Origin: Octopus vulgaris
Taxonomy: Eukaryota
DNA: 64,000 bases
Assembly (NCBI GenBank): GCA_951406725.2
Contig: OX597818.1
Location: 5,952,001-6,016,000 of the forward strand
Direction of reading: 5' to 3'
The notes below the pieces were generated by a model. The model did no database searches and was not told the DNA's origin. It was given only the letters and a program-made list of their open reading frames with translations. Position numbers and translations under genes: made by a program. Below are positions 1 to 14,329 of the stretch, in pieces; positions within the stretch are counted from its first letter, which is position 1; every line of letters starts with the position of its first letter.

Positions 1-1669
1 GACAGTTACTAATTTTAATACTTCCATATGAATTCACACCTGTTCACCCAAGACTAGAAAGAAAGTAATTTTACGCAATTGTATTACATAGTGCATTTGT
101 TGGCACTTATTATATCTCCATCAAAGAAATATTGCTCTTCTTTTCATCGACAGATTATTAACTCACAGCTTTTAACGTTCTTATAATTTAAGGTAAGTTC
201 AATTTGCACAACGGGGCAGATGTTGGAAACATAGAATTCGTGAACCATATTACATGAAACACACTATTTAGATTTTAAAAAAGGACACTGCATATACTCC
301 TACAGTTTCTCTGTAACAATACGGAAAGTATAAGAACATCGTTTGCTGAGAATTACCGAACATGAATGTTGTATTTGTTTCCCCATTTTCTCATTCGTCA
401 TACAATCACATGGCATTCTGAAGGTTAATTAGAGATTTTAAACGTAATATACAGTTTATAGTTGGTTCATGCTACTAGTACATCCACGGTTGGTATCCAC
501 AATGTACCCTCCCTGTTATCCTTATTTTTCATTCTGTGAGAGGACATAGCGACTTTTTATATTAAAGTGCGTAGAGCATGAGAACTAGCCTATGTAACAA
601 ATATCGGTCCAAATATTATGAAGGTGTAGAGACCTTACTACAACAATGAATGTGAAAATTTGACGGAAAAGAAACATGGCTGTAGATGGAACATATAAAG
701 TAGCTCAGCCAGGTCGAGAGCATCTTTAGATTAATGTTGAATACTTTGAACGCATTCGCAAAGTACAATTGGTTGAGATCTAGACCATGATCTCACGCAG
801 ATGCCTCCACCGATGTAAATGTTGAGTGTTTCAAATGAAGGGAAACAATTGGAGATCTCTATGACTAGAAGACGCTAACAGTTTAAAAATCGCGGATATA
901 TAAAATGTGGAAGCATCGACATGTAACTTTGTGGATCTCAATTTTGGTCAGCATCAGGGTAGCAAAAGCAGAGTGTTGTAGGATGGTTTGTTTGAAGCTT
1001 ACTTTAACGCTAGTCGGCAATGCCGTAACTGAATAGGCGTAGGTGGTCGAGGAGTGCATCACTCTAATGGTGTAATTTGAAGGGTAGTAATCAATATCTA
1101 GTTGGGGTTGCAGCTAAAATAATCTGAAGGGGATAAAAGAACATATGAATGGATGTATTGAAAAGCAGCGAGAGTTCAAATCATTGCGTGGTCGACCGCG
1201 ATAGCTTCTTAAATACGTGCAAAGAAATGCTCATTTTGTGGCAAATAATGTAGATAATTTGATGGCAAGTACTGAGCTTTTGGGCAGGTGATGAGCGTTA
1301 CTTCTACCTACCACGAAACTGTAACCAAAACGAAAACTAAAAAGGCATGATTTTTAGTGTGACAAGTAAAATCAAAGTAACGGCTTGATATTTATTATTA
1401 AAAAAGATTTGATTGAATTTCGAAATCTGTCTACCAAAACTGGAGACCTGGATGAAATTCAATGAAAATTTTGTGTGTAAATATGCACGTGTGTATGTGT
1501 AGGTGACGGCGTCACTTTATGTAACGATTTGAGAAAACAACCGATGATTAAACATTATTTTCATTTATTTAATTGCTTACAATCCAACCAATGATCTTTT
1601 ATTCATTTTAATACATACTATTTTAATATGTTAATTTGAAATTAACATTGAAAATTTTTTTAGTGTTAA

Positions 1670-2330
1670 TAATGCCACTTAAATGAAGTGTATTTAAAGC
1701 ATGTAAACGATATACAGTATGTCCATTTGATACAAAGCCGGATATAAACGTACAGTCCACCTTGCGCCACTTCCAATCGATTGGTCATTCCCTGCAACAT
1801 GTGTCTGTGTTCGGACTGGCCGTGCACAGAGGCTACTTGGACTTCAGCGTCCACCGAAACCTGGAATTAATTTCAGGATTAATTTCAGTTCCTCTTGGTC
1901 TTCAGTTCTTCACATCACTTCATCTAAACCCAAATCCACACACATTTACACGCACCAAACATCTCCCACATTCTAATGCCTTTTCTAGTCTAGCATCCCC
2001 TCACATTTCCTATACCCTTATATTCATTACCCACACCGCGAACACACTATTATATTCCTATAGCATAAACATAGGTCTATTCACGCGCAGACATCTCTTT
2101 CTTATTCCACACTCTCCAGCCCCCACAATCCCACATCCTCCCGCCACATACTATCACGCACCACTACCTCCATCCCTTTTTCTGCCTGACACCTTCATCC
2201 AGGTCGACTCACCTGCATCTTCCTGCGCCTCACACATGCAAACGATCTTGCGTATTTTTCCTCCCTCCATCTCTATTCTCTTTTCATTCATTTCTGTATA
2301 AGCCTGTAGACTCGAAACGTCAAGGACATT
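1670..2330 (+). mobile_element. Degraded Penelope-like element 3' end (GIY-YIG C-terminus plus C/A-rich 3' UTR)
   Basis: ORF 1762 begins RHFQSIGHSLQHVSVFGL...ELI...LG...LN, matching the xxHFNxxGHSxxxxxVxGL...E..LI..LG...GLN tail of PLE GIY-YIG domains; pyrimidine/CA-rich tail follows. Confidence 0.5.
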
Positions 2331-4455
2331 TCCAATTTTCCTGACCGCCAAAGAAATATACCAAGTTTGTTATTTCTCCACCTATATTTGTCCTGCTTTT
2401 GTTTCTCTTCTGCACAATTATATACCATGTATGTACATATACATATGTGTGCGCGTGCGTGTGTGTATAAGAATAACAAGGATGGAGGATATCAGGCTTT
2501 AATAATAGAGCACAACATTTGATTTTACACTGCATATTAGCTTTTCGTTGCTGTGTTTGTATTCATATACCCCAATACATAATTACTAGATGGTTGAATA
2601 TTTGGATGTCTAGTGTTTGGCTGCAACTTTTCAATTTCTGCAATTTTGTTCCAATTGATTTCATATTTGGCGTATTGGTGTAGTTGTCTCTGGTAATCAT
2701 TGGCATGTAATTCATTTTAGCAATAAATCGATAAATAAAAAGTTAACAGGCTTTAAAATTTGCAAACTTTAGGTAATTTTAGCCAATCGAAAGTCAGACA
2801 CATAGGTCCTTGTTTCTATAGTAAAAAGGCAATCCAGTGGAATACAATTAAGCACTGTTGGACTTTTCAGAATTCTCTAGATATACGGTGCATGTTACTT
2901 TTCACCAATCAATTTATTAAAAACCTGAGGCACAAGAACGAATGTAATATTATAGTAATAAGACCAACAACAATAACAATAACAGAGTAAAGGTGACGTA
3001 CATAGTACTCAATAACAAAAAGCTTATTTGAGTGATAGTATTAGTGAAATAAAAAATAAAAATACGAATGAATCTGAAGGTGCCTTTTACCAATTAATAC
3101 ATAAAGTGTCCCAATGGATTAAAACAAAAGGAATAGGATAAAATGAATCTTCCAAGGGATTGTTCAAATTGCAATGCCATCCATTTACCACCTTGGTTAA
3201 CTTTGTTATATTATATCTTATCTCCTTAATCTATGATGTCCTTTTGTCGTTTGGCTTTCATTGACCTCTATGAACTCAACTGATCATAAATTTTTAAGAT
3301 AGAGGCCAGCTTTCTTTCCCATATTTCAAAAGTATTATTAAATTACTATTTCTTTTCTGTTTACTTAGTAAATACACTTATGACATCTTATACACTTACA
3401 AACCCACAATTCAACACACACATTAATATATGCATTAATTCTATTCTCTCATCCCTGTTTAATACCTGTTCCTGTCCTTCTCAACTGGTACTTTTTTATA
3501 GCTGTTGAAACTTATAACCCAAAAGTATTCACTACTGAAAATATACCATCTTGTTTTCGCTGCTCTTTCTAGCATAAATCTTTCTCTAGATTAATTTGTT
3601 TCCATGATTTTGCTCTGCCTTTTCAAATTTTCCTGATCATTTCCATTCGCATTCCAGGAACAATGATCTCATCTTATACTTTTTCTTCAATAAATATACT
3701 TTCTACAAACATATCTTATATTCGATACTTTATGACAGTCACTGATTAATACACCACGCTGTAGTTAGTACCACCATTATTTCATTTCAGTCTACTCTAA
3801 AATCATTACAATTAATGTCCCAACCATTCCACCGATCCATCTCATTTTTTATAACCAATACTTTTCATGTAAATTTTGGCATAACATGTCATAATTTTAT
3901 GGTAAATGCTGCGACTATTTATAAGCACACACGCATATATGTTTGTATATATATATGGTCTCTCTGTTTGTATGTCTGTCTGTCTGTCTGTCTGTCTCTC
4001 TTTCTCTCTATTATATATATATATATATATATATACATATATCATAAAACGAAGGGTTTACGCCTGGTAGCTTACTGGTAAAGCAGGGTCACTTTCAGAG
4101 TGATCGTTAGGTTGATAGCAACTGAAAGACAGAATATGGAATATGCGAGAATTTATTATTGATCAGGACAATTGATTCGACCCATCTAGCATATTCTATA
4201 GTTTATCAATGTTTTTTTATTAAGCTAAATTATATTATCACAGATAAATACTATTTAATCTATTTTTTTACCTTAAATATTTAACATAAAAATGTATTGC
4301 AGGAAACTGATCCTTATGTTTTAAGTTTCAAATTTAGTTAATGGAGTTTCTTCTATAAGAAAAATCATTATTCTATAATTTTTAATAAATATGGTTTAAC
4401 TCTATTTGCTTATTTATTTAACTATTATTGTTAACCTTAAGAGTGACTATAATTT

Positions 4456-4511
<56 letters not shown>

Positions 4512-5920
4512 TTGATATTTATATTGGAATTTAAAGAAGACATGAGAGTTAATGTAGAGAGTATCTGTGTATAAAATGCTCAAGAGTTTAGGTAGTACAG
4601 ATTGCAGATCATACCTTTATTTTGACGGAATTGTCATATATCTTACGAAAACCGCCAGACTATTTTTATCTCTCGTTATTTCTGAACTGACAACATACTA
4701 CTGCCTTTTTGATTGTCACTAGGTAAGTGAAAATGTATACTGACCTGTTCTTGTATACGCTACCATATAGCGTCATAATTTTGTATGCCTGAATGTCAAT
4801 TACGCTGTTGATGAAACGACATAAGAGGGATGTAGCTGAAGATTTTAAAATTTCAAAATACATTTTATCATACATAAGTGAATCAAATTCCTTTCATCGA
4901 CCAACGTAATTTATTTTATGGGGTGTAAATACAAGAATTTTCTAGCGGAATCTTTCGATAGTTGGTGCTGGAATTAAAGGTATGTACATTGACAAATAAA
5001 TGAAACAAAATTGCATTTGTTTGTGCTAACTTCGGTTTCATTATTTTAAAATTTTAACTTCTTCATCTTCTGTACTATGCGATGTTCAAACGTTTCAGAA
5101 TATCACAATTAAAAACAAAAGTCTTGTTAGACCATCCATTTTATCGGTAACATAGTTTACGGTTAACAAATAACAGCTATTGATAGATTTCTTAGAAAGT
5201 ATAAATCTTAAAGCAATTGGACTTTACAAAATAACATAAAATTGTAAAATGAAAAAGAAAGAAATCTTATGTACTATAGTAAAGTTAAACATTTCTAAAT
5301 GCCAATGTAGAACTTGAGATGAAGGAGAAATTGCTAGTAAATCAAAAGTAGATAAATTATTTGGCGATAGTCAGAAGACAATTGAGCAGAAAACAAACGA
5401 TTCCACTGGTTTGACGAGATGCATTTTGGAAAAGCAAAACATTTGCTCCACGCTATGGTGTTGAACCATTTTAAATATTTTAAATGATTTAATTTTTCCA
5501 AACTTTACCAAGATCCTCTTAACCTCTCTAACATCCAAGATTCCCTTTCTAAAGTAGGAAATAAACGCTGCTATAATAACTTATATCGGAAGACAAATAA
5601 CCGAGTTAGGAAGTAGCCATCAATTTTAGATGGTATGGTAATTATGATACGTATTTTATTGCAATTGTATCTCCATTTTCCTTCTCACATTGAACAGACA
5701 AGTATCTTTCTTTGTATTTAAAAGAATCCAACGATACAAAACGAGGTAACTGGTCTCATATTCAATGAATGAATCCTGACAATTTGCGACATGTAAATTA
5801 TTTTCAGATTTGAAATATCACATTGTCATTTAACATTTAAGAATTTTTTAAATGTCATACCAGCAATTTTACAAATGTGTGCTCATATATATAAAGAAAT
5901 ATGTATATATGTTTATATGG

Positions 5921-5922
<2 letters not shown>

Positions 5923-5996
<74 letters not shown>

Positions 5997-6057
5997 GTAT
6001 ATATGTATATATATTTATATCTATATCTATCTATCTATCTATCTAGCTATATATCTA

Positions 6058-6119
<62 letters not shown>
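5923..6119. repeat. Compound (TA)n/(TATG)n/(TATC)n microsatellite, representative of many (TA)n tracts in the window
   Basis: Direct reading. Confidence 0.95.
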
Positions 6120-6122
<3 letters not shown>

Positions 6123-6277
6123 GCAGGAGTGGCTGTGTAGTAAGTGGCTTCCTTACGAACCATGTGGTTCTGCATTTAGTCCCACTGCGTGGGTCCTTGG
6201 GCAACTGTTTCTACTATAGTTTCGGGCCGACCAAGGCCAAGTGGATTTGATAGACAGAAACTGAAAGATGCCTGCCG

Positions 6278-6327
<50 letters not shown>

Positions 6328-6533
6328 TGGGTGTGGGTGTGGGTGTGTATGTGTGTGTGTGTATGGTTCTGTGTTGTGTTTACGCCCCCGTAACTTAGCG
6401 GTTCAGCAAAGAGACAGATAGATTAAGTAATAGGCTTACAAAGAATAAGTCCTGAGTTCGATTTCTTCGACTACATGTGGTGCTTCAGGAAGGCCACAGT
6501 CAAATAACTGAAACAAGGAAAAGAGTAAAAGAG
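6119..6533 (+). mobile_element. tRNA-derived SINE with internal (TA)/(GT) microsatellite
   Basis: 5' GCAGGAGTGGCTGTGTAGTAAG (A-box-like), degenerate B-box around 6166-6183; homologous copies at 6625-6996, 23908-24540 and 63895-63990. Confidence 0.75.
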
Positions 6534-6583
6534 TGTGTGTGTGTGCGCGTGTGTATGGGTTTGTATGTGTGTGTATCCACACG

Positions 6584-6614
<31 letters not shown>

Positions 6615-6624
6615 CTCTCTCTCT

Positions 6625-6817
6625 CTTACTCTCTCTTACTTGTTTCAGTCATTTGACTGCGGCCATGCTGGAGCACCGCCTTTAGTCGAGCAAATCGACC
6701 CCGGGACTTATTCATTGTAAGCCCAGTACTTATTCTATCGGTCTCTTTTGCCGAACCGCTAAGTTACGTGGACGTAAACACACCAGCATCGGTTGTCAAG
6801 CAATGCTAGGAGGACAA

Positions 6818-6848
<31 letters not shown>

Positions 6849-6996
6849 CGACGGGCTTCTTTCAGATTCCGTCTACCAAATCCACTCACAAGGCATTGGT
6901 CGGCCCGGGGCTATAGCAGAAGACACTTGCCCAAGATGCCACGCAGTGGGACTGAACCCGGAACCATGTGGTTGGTTAGCAAGCTACTTACCACAC
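6625..6996 (-). mobile_element. tRNA-derived SINE, same family, inverted orientation
   Basis: Reverse complement contains GGTTCCGGGTTCAGTCCCACTG (B box) and both halves align to 6119-6533. Confidence 0.8.
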
Positions 6997-7043
6997 ACCC
7001 ACATATATATACATATATGTATATACATAGATATATGCCTATA

Positions 7044-7075
<32 letters not shown>

Positions 7076-7222
7076 CATATATATATGCGTATATATATAA
7101 GTATTTATATGTATATATATATATATATGTGTTTATATGTATACTTACTTATGCACTATATATATATATATATATATACTATATATTATTTACTCTTTAT
7201 TTTATATATATATACATATCTA

Positions 7223-7266
<44 letters not shown>

Positions 7267-7272
<6 letters not shown>

Positions 7273-7865
7273 GTTTGATCAATTAGTATCAGCACTGTTG
7301 CTATAGTAATGAAGCGAAAGCACGCAAAGAGAAGATGCTTGGCAAAGATTGATCTTGAACTCTGCTGTGCATGTACAGTAACTGTTAACGTTCTAGCCAC
7401 ACTTGCGCTGTTTACAGCAGGGTTTGAAAAGAAGGTTTATAGCGTGTGATCGTGTCATTGACCATGACAGAGAAAGTTGTGATGGCAGTACCTGCTAAGA
7501 GAAAGTTGCAGAGTGTATAGAGAGACGTGAATGCACCGTACACAAGTATACGAGTGGTTCAGACGTTTTGAAGATGCCCGATATAATTGATATTGAAGAA
7601 CGTTCTGGGAGTCATACAACCAGCAGAAATGAGAAAAAGCTGTGAGAGGAAATCGTCGAATCACCATTCGTGAGTTATCACAGATGAGGATGTGCAAATT
7701 AGCTACGGTTCATTTCATTCCAATATCACTGGAGATTTAGGTATGAGACACTTGTCTGCCAAGTTTGTGCCAAAACTACTTTCAGCCGACCAAAACGACA
7801 CTTGGGTTTCCGTTGCACAAGATCTCCTTGATTGTGTCGAAAATGAAGACCTTTTGAAATCTATG
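7267..7865 (+). mobile_element. Mariner (Tc1/mariner) relic, 5' part
   Basis: TIR-like TGAGGTTTGATCAATTAGTATC right after (TA)n; translation RRITIRELS...ISYGSFHSNITGDLGMRHLSAKFVPKLLSADQ (mariner WVPxxL motif); homologous to 36630-37278 (-). Confidence 0.8.
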
Positions 7866-8049
7866 CATACGCCTCTGAGCAGGTATCGCGTACGCCTCTG
7901 AGATGTATACCTCTGAGCAGGTCTGTGCATGGTTTCACTTCGTACTTCGCATGTATCCATCCCCTGTATATAGATATTTAAAATCTATTTTATCTATATT
8001 TATGTTATATTGGTCACTGTTATGTGATATGCATTTCTATATATACATC

Positions 8050-9240
8050 TATAGGTATAGCTGGAGATGTTGCTGGCCTTTTTATGACCTGGTGGCACAG
8101 AAAATTTGAACAAATGTTAGCAGAACAGTCCACAACTCTTCTACTCTACAGTAGATATCAAGATGACATTAATATCATATTTAGGACAAATTCTAGTGAG
8201 GGAATATAGAAACTGAGAAGAATGTAATGGAGAGCATCAAGCAAATAGCTAACTCCATCCGCCAAAGTATCACGGTAACTATAGATTACCCCACAACAGA
8301 CTCCCTGTACTTGATACTGAACTTTGGTTAGAAACTGTGAACAATAAAGTGCAGCTCCTCCACTCTTATTACATGAAACCCATAACTTCAAAATATGTTG
8401 TTCTCAAGAACTCAGCTTTGTCACACAACATGAAAATTAACATGCTGAGAGCAGAATTAGTTGGAATAATGAACAATGTGTCCCCACTATGCGAACCCTA
8501 TGAAATGAAAGACATATACAGAACTGCATGCACCACATGCAGTTCTCTGGATATGATCAGAAAGATAGGGTTCGAGTGTACAAGGGGGCTAGAAAGAAAT
8601 TAGACAACGTGATATGTAATGATATCAGTGGTACCTGCCCTAGATATAGACAAAGAATGGAATAGGATACATAGAACTTGTGACAAAGCAAACAGGGCGA
8701 ACACGTCGTGGTATAAAACCGACAAATATCAAGGAGTGATATTTGTAGAGGCCATAGCCCATGGAGAGCTAGCCCGTAGATTTAGAAAAGTTCTGAACGA
8801 GACCAAACTCAACATTAAAATTGTTGAAAAGCCAGGGAACTCTATCAGATCACATCTATGTAGGACGTACCCATTTAAGAATACCATATGCACCAATGAT
8901 AACTGCATGGTGTGTAGGACTAATCCTGGTATTAACTTTAGAACTCGAAAAGTAGTTTACAGCATAAGATGCATAGAAGGTGCTTGTAAAGAAATGAACA
9001 TGACGTACATAGGGAGAGACATCTAGGAGCATTGCGGAACGAATAAATGAACATCTGATAATATATGACGACAGAAAACAGTCCTCCATACTCTACCAAC
9101 ATGCCAAAGACCACCATGGAGGCAACTTGGGTCAACTTGACAACCGCATCTTATCCAAGCACCCAAAAGACCCAACACGCAGACAAATACGGGAGTACGT
9201 CCTTATAAATAAAACCTCCCTAATACTAAATAGGAAATAT
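8050..9240 (+). mobile_element. Degraded Penelope-like element (RT C-terminal half and GIY-YIG)
   Basis: Fragments IAGDVAGLFMTWW..YSRYQDDINII (RT YxDD), HSYYMKP, CTNDNCMVC..VVYSIRCIEGAC..TYIG (Zn linker and GIY-YIG); multiple frameshifts. Confidence 0.8.
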
Positions 9241-10154
9241 ACATATTAGATATAATACCTCCATACCAAAAGTTTGCACAGGTAGTGTAGAATAGTTAGT
9301 GGACTGTTATGTAGATTTATGTAGGTAGATGTGTGCACGTGTGTATGTGTATGCACATGTATTTTGTTTTTTGGATGTAAGCATATGGGTATGAAAATAA
9401 ACAGATCAACATACAGACTGATAGGTACATAGGTTATAAGAACAGACAAGCACACATACGCAAATCGAGACTGACACACATGACAATATATACACACATA
9501 CTTTACACTACACAAGGTCACATATGGAGACAAGGATCCACACATATATAGATGCACATCCACCCATACATACAAACATGGTACATAGTTGCATAACACA
9601 CCCCCACACACAGACATGCACACACAAAGAGACAGAGGTGCATCATACATATACAAACAGACGCTCAGACACACACATACATAGAAAATACACAAGCACG
9701 GACATGCAAGCACATGAATATACAGGATACGTACATACAGATGCACACACACATATATACATACATACCCATGCATACATACATACACACATAAATACGT
9801 GCATGGATGCATAGGCACACACATACACTGACCCACACACATACGCTCAGACAAACAAAAAGGAACGCAGTGTAAATAACGGACAGAGTCAAGACTACTG
9901 AAAAAGTTGCAAGACGCAACGAAAATTTTAGGAAAATAAAAATAAGTGGAAATTTTACCGGTGAGTGCGTTACATTATAAGGCACAAAAAGAAAATGACT
10001 CTCCCCAGACACAACAGTATATATATATAGCAAAATTTAGTTCATATGAATATGGTACTTAAGTTAGATGCACCAGAATTTTGTATGGTGTTATCCATAT
10101 AAATCCATGTGGTGATTATAATCAAAATAAGCAACAAGAATATCTTCGGTAATT

Positions 10155-10238
10155 TGGTACGATCGTTTCGCGCTAGATCATTTTATTAAACATTATAAGT
10201 ATCACAACAATTTTAAAATGTTGAGCAATCTTCAGCCA
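10155..10238 (-). ncRNA. Type I hammerhead ribozyme motif (inverted copy)
   Basis: Reverse complement reads TGG-CTGAAGA-...-GAAA-CGATCG-TA-CCA. Confidence 0.65.
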
Positions 10239-10584
10239 TTTACAGAGGTTTTCCATTAATACATATACATATTTTCATATTACAGAAGGGCATTATAATC
10301 CCCTTTCTACTTTAATTTCTTTAGGAATAACGTCTGACATTTATTTCACCCCTACCTACTTCTATAAATAGAAAATCACTTTTGTCTCCATTTAACTGAA
10401 TATCCTTTCCCACCTTCTAGCAGTTCAAAATAACTTAAAGAATATTCTTCAGTGAGAATATAAACTCTATTACATAATGTTCTTAAAATTTAAATCAACA
10501 TCTCTGTCTATATATCTACCATCTATATAATGTTATCAATTAATATGAAAATATGTATATGTATTAATGGAAAACCTCTATAAA

Positions 10585-10668
10585 TGGCTGATGATTGCTC
10601 AACATTTTAAAACTGTTGTAATACTTACAATGTTTAATAAAATGATGTAGCGTGAAACGATCGTACCA
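10585..10668 (+). ncRNA. Type I hammerhead ribozyme motif with extended stem II
   Basis: TGG-CTGATGA-[long stem II]-GAAA-CGATCG-TA-CCA; palindromic stem III ACGATCGT. Confidence 0.65.
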
Positions 10669-10704
10669 AATTACCGAAGATTTTCTTGTTGCTTATTTTG
10701 ATTA

Positions 10705-10772
<68 letters not shown>

Positions 10773-11059
10773 CATTTATTTACTTATTATTTTTATACAT
10801 CTATCTCTATTTCACATAAGTATCACAGGTAAGTACACATGTCTATCGTCTGCGTATCACCTTGTATGCTTCTTTGTAGTATTTACGTGGTTTTTCCTCT
10901 CTCTTCTCATCCCTACTCTCTTTAGTCATGTGGTGGGTTCCTTTCGTGTTTTTTTTACAGAGGCTCGGTCTCTGCTGTTAAGTGTGTAGCCTCTGTGATC
11001 TGTCTAAATGTTGTGTCAGTTCAATGTGCCGATAGTACTTTAACCTGTATGCTATTAAT

Positions 11060-12130
11060 CGAGCCTCCATATTCTACTTGAGCATACTGGTAGATCGCTT
11101 TCAGATATCACCAATGCCCACCTATACGTTCTTCTGTGCTGCGTGGAGTCTCTTCACACTAGGTAGTTGCCATGTTTCTGCACCGTCCCTCATTACATCG
11201 AATGCTATACACTTCATTCCTAACCTTACAGTTAACGTGGGTTCATCCTACATATAACACAAATGTACTCCGCACAGGAGGTCTTATGAAAAGGTTACGT
11301 ATTGCAGTACAGGGATTTTAAAGGGGCACCAAGTCTCTCTGCTACTTTAATTCGTAGATTAGCCTTACTTAATGTTTTTCTGAAAATGTGTGCTAGTTCG
11401 AAAATGTGTGCATAGCGCCAACGAACATGACACTCTGGTTGGTTTTATTTATCTTATTGCTGGTCCTTTCCGTGCTGTTCCAGGATTTGCTCCTGTAGAG
11501 TGGGCAGATCCCCTTCATGTAGCTCTCTATGACGGTTTCGTATTTAGTTCTGGCACTTTTGTACACTCTAATTCTGTCCTTTTGGTTGTAGCCAGAGAAC
11601 TGCATGCGGTGAATGAAGTGTTAAATGTGTCTTTCCAATTCCATAGTGTCGCATATGCGAGACACTACCCTATCACTCCCAATAAGTCAGCTATAAAAAT
11701 TTATATAAAAATCGCTGCGTTCTTATAAGGCCATGGGTTTGGCATAATGAGAGTGAAGGACCTGGACCATACTGTTCTTCGCTTCTAACCAGAGTTCAGT
11801 GTCTAAAACGGGTAATCTATATTTTGGGTCCTTACTAGGGCAGTCTACCGTTATTTCCGTACTCTCGTCGATGGTGTTAGCTATTTGCTGGATGCTCTCC
11901 GCAGTGTTCGCTTGTAGATCACTAACATTGTCTTGTAGAAGTGCTTTGGTTACTTGATATCACCCACGTAGTTTATTGAGTTCTCTGCTAATTTCTCTTT
12001 AAGACTCCTATCCCACCATACCATAAATAGGTTAGCCACATCACCAGGGATACTAACACTGATGGCTGTATCTTCCGCTTGGACGGAAATCTTGCTATTA
12101 GACTTAAATATATGGACCTTGAGTGTGGTC
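11060..12130 (-). mobile_element. Degraded Penelope-like element related to the 8050-9240 copy
   Basis: Minus-strand fragments TAISVSIPGDVANLFMVWWDR, MQFSGYNQKDRIRVY and GIY-YIG remnants match the 8 kb copy. Confidence 0.75.
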
Positions 12131-13654
12131 TTGGTACTCGCACCCAACCGCATATGCGACCATCTTTTTAACCTGCTTATTATTTTCGGGGTCCGTATAG
12201 CTCTGGTCATAGAAGTTATAGTGAGGGTATACCTTATCATTATCGCATATAAATATATCTGTGACATACCTATGATAAATATAAGAAATAGAGAGGAATA
12301 AAATAAATACATAAAGATATATAAAGATCATGGATACATACAAAATATTAAGCAAACCCATACAAACACATGAAATTTCATGGACCGTCATAGTAATGGC
12401 AACAACACAACTAACAACGTCAGCAGCACCGGCGGAACCATCGAGGGCAATAACAAGAACTGCCACAATGGCAACACCGTAGACGAACGCACATACACAG
12501 AGGAATACAGGAACTGTACCATATTTTCAGGTCTTAGGACAGCAGTAGCACAATGGAGTGAGTGGACGGGGTTGTGAAGAAGGCCGCAATACTGCTAAAA
12601 ACTATGACACACACACGCACATACACACACACACATACATATACATACGCATACACGCACTTAAGCACACACGCAAACAGGGACACAAACGCAGGCACAC
12701 ATAAGGATACACATCTTAGAAGAACAGAATGGAATAAGTGGAGCAAGAACACCTACCTGAAACCCACACTTTACGCACCCACGCACACACATCCAGACAT
12801 ACATACTCTTGTACATACGTGCACACGCATACATGTATACACACAAATATTTTCATAATGAGAGAGGGAGCAACAGAGTGATACACAGATAGGTATAGAC
12901 ACACACTTATACAGAGAGAGAAACAGAATAACACGCAAAGATAGACACACTCTTGCACCCATACACATGAACACAGATACATATACATATCTGTCTACGT
13001 ATACATGTCAACACACACACACAACCATCCTCACCCATTCACACAAACTTCACACAACACGACCACATACCACTTCTCCCTCTCACCCTCTCACACACGT
13101 ACAAACACACGTATGCTCACACAGCCACCCCATTCACATAGCCATACCCACCCATTCTCACACCTTTCAGGCAACGCACCCAAACTCCACCTCACCCTTC
13201 TGTGCCTTTTTGACACGCACACGCACACACGCAAGCACGCACACACACACACATGGACGCACATCCATATACACCTATTCACACACCCATCCGACTGCAT
13301 CGACTCACTATTGACTATTCTATCTTCACACACGCGCTTAAACGCACACGCACACTCACATACACATAAACACAGATAGCAACCATTCTTCACAGTCTCC
13401 TGTCCCATAAAGCACTTTCTGTTTGTCCTCCTACTTCCGGGCATTTCAAAAATGAAATTACACGTGATCAGTTGGCGATTTTTTCCTCCTCCTTTGTTTT
13501 CCTCTTGACTTTTTGTTACTTGTTTTCGAAGACGTTTTATGCTCAAAACGTAAAACAACCACTCTGTTTCTTCTCTGACCACTTTATTAATACTTCGCAT
13601 GTGGTATGTCCTCCTGTTATTTTTTCTTGTCATTTTCTCCGTTTCTTGAATTAA

Positions 13655-13725
<71 letters not shown>

Positions 13726-14070
13726 CATACTAAATAATATAATTTAAAGAAGAAACAAAAATTAGATAATTATCTTGTATTTGTGACGTACATTAATACA
13801 ACAAATACATGAAGACATTATGAATATCTTGAAAGTATTATTTAAGAATAGAATAGAAATAAGAAATATATGAAATAAGATAATACATGAAATGTAAGGG
13901 AGAAAAGATTGATATGTGGAGGGATGAAGCGAATATGAAGCCTTATTAAAAATTATGAATTAAAAATTTAGAAATAAAAATTAGAAATTATAAGTTAACA
14001 ATAACATCGGCGGCAGTGAGAAACCTTAATACTGAATTTAAATGTCAGAGTAAACAACAAGTAAGATGTA

Positions 14071-14155
14071 TTTCTACGGCCGATTCAGTCCATTTATCCT
14101 GGTAAGGTGCGAATTTTATAGTCAACATAGAAGCAATGTCTCCTTCGTCAGGAAA
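14071..14155 (-). ncRNA. Degenerate hammerhead motif downstream of a minus-strand PLE remnant
   Basis: Reverse complement reads TTTC-CTGACGA-...-GAAT-CGGCCG-TA-GAAA; one core mismatch (GAAT for GAAA). Confidence 0.45.
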
Positions 14156-14329
14156 ATAAAGAGCAAATTTCGAAAGAAGATATAGCGTAAGGAAATTTCA
14201 TTTAGGGTTACACTATACTGGTCACCAGTAAAGGGGTTAGTTATTGATTATTCTTATATTGTCTTGATGAGGTATGATGGGAAAGCAGAAATTTTAAATT
14301 ATAAATATGTTATCATTATATATTTTGAA

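Larger units (their letters stand above)
10117..10706. repeat. Inverted repeat with ~166-bp arms (10117-10282 and 10541-10706), PLE pseudo-LTR-like
   Basis: Arms are reverse complements with a few substitutions; each contains a hammerhead fold. Confidence 0.85.

Noticed and set aside
900-1250. Possible Helitron N-terminal zinc-finger relic (CNF-CGSQFW...ECCR after allowing a frameshift)
   Set aside because: Too degraded; needs assumed indels and has no Rep/helicase motifs in support
3170-3830. Possible Gypsy integrase relic on the minus strand (IIVPGMRMEMIRKI*KG)
   Set aside because: Only one weak motif; cannot be supported without a profile search
6119-6200. tRNA gene
   Set aside because: A/B-box-like sequence is the head of a multi-copy SINE; no cloverleaf
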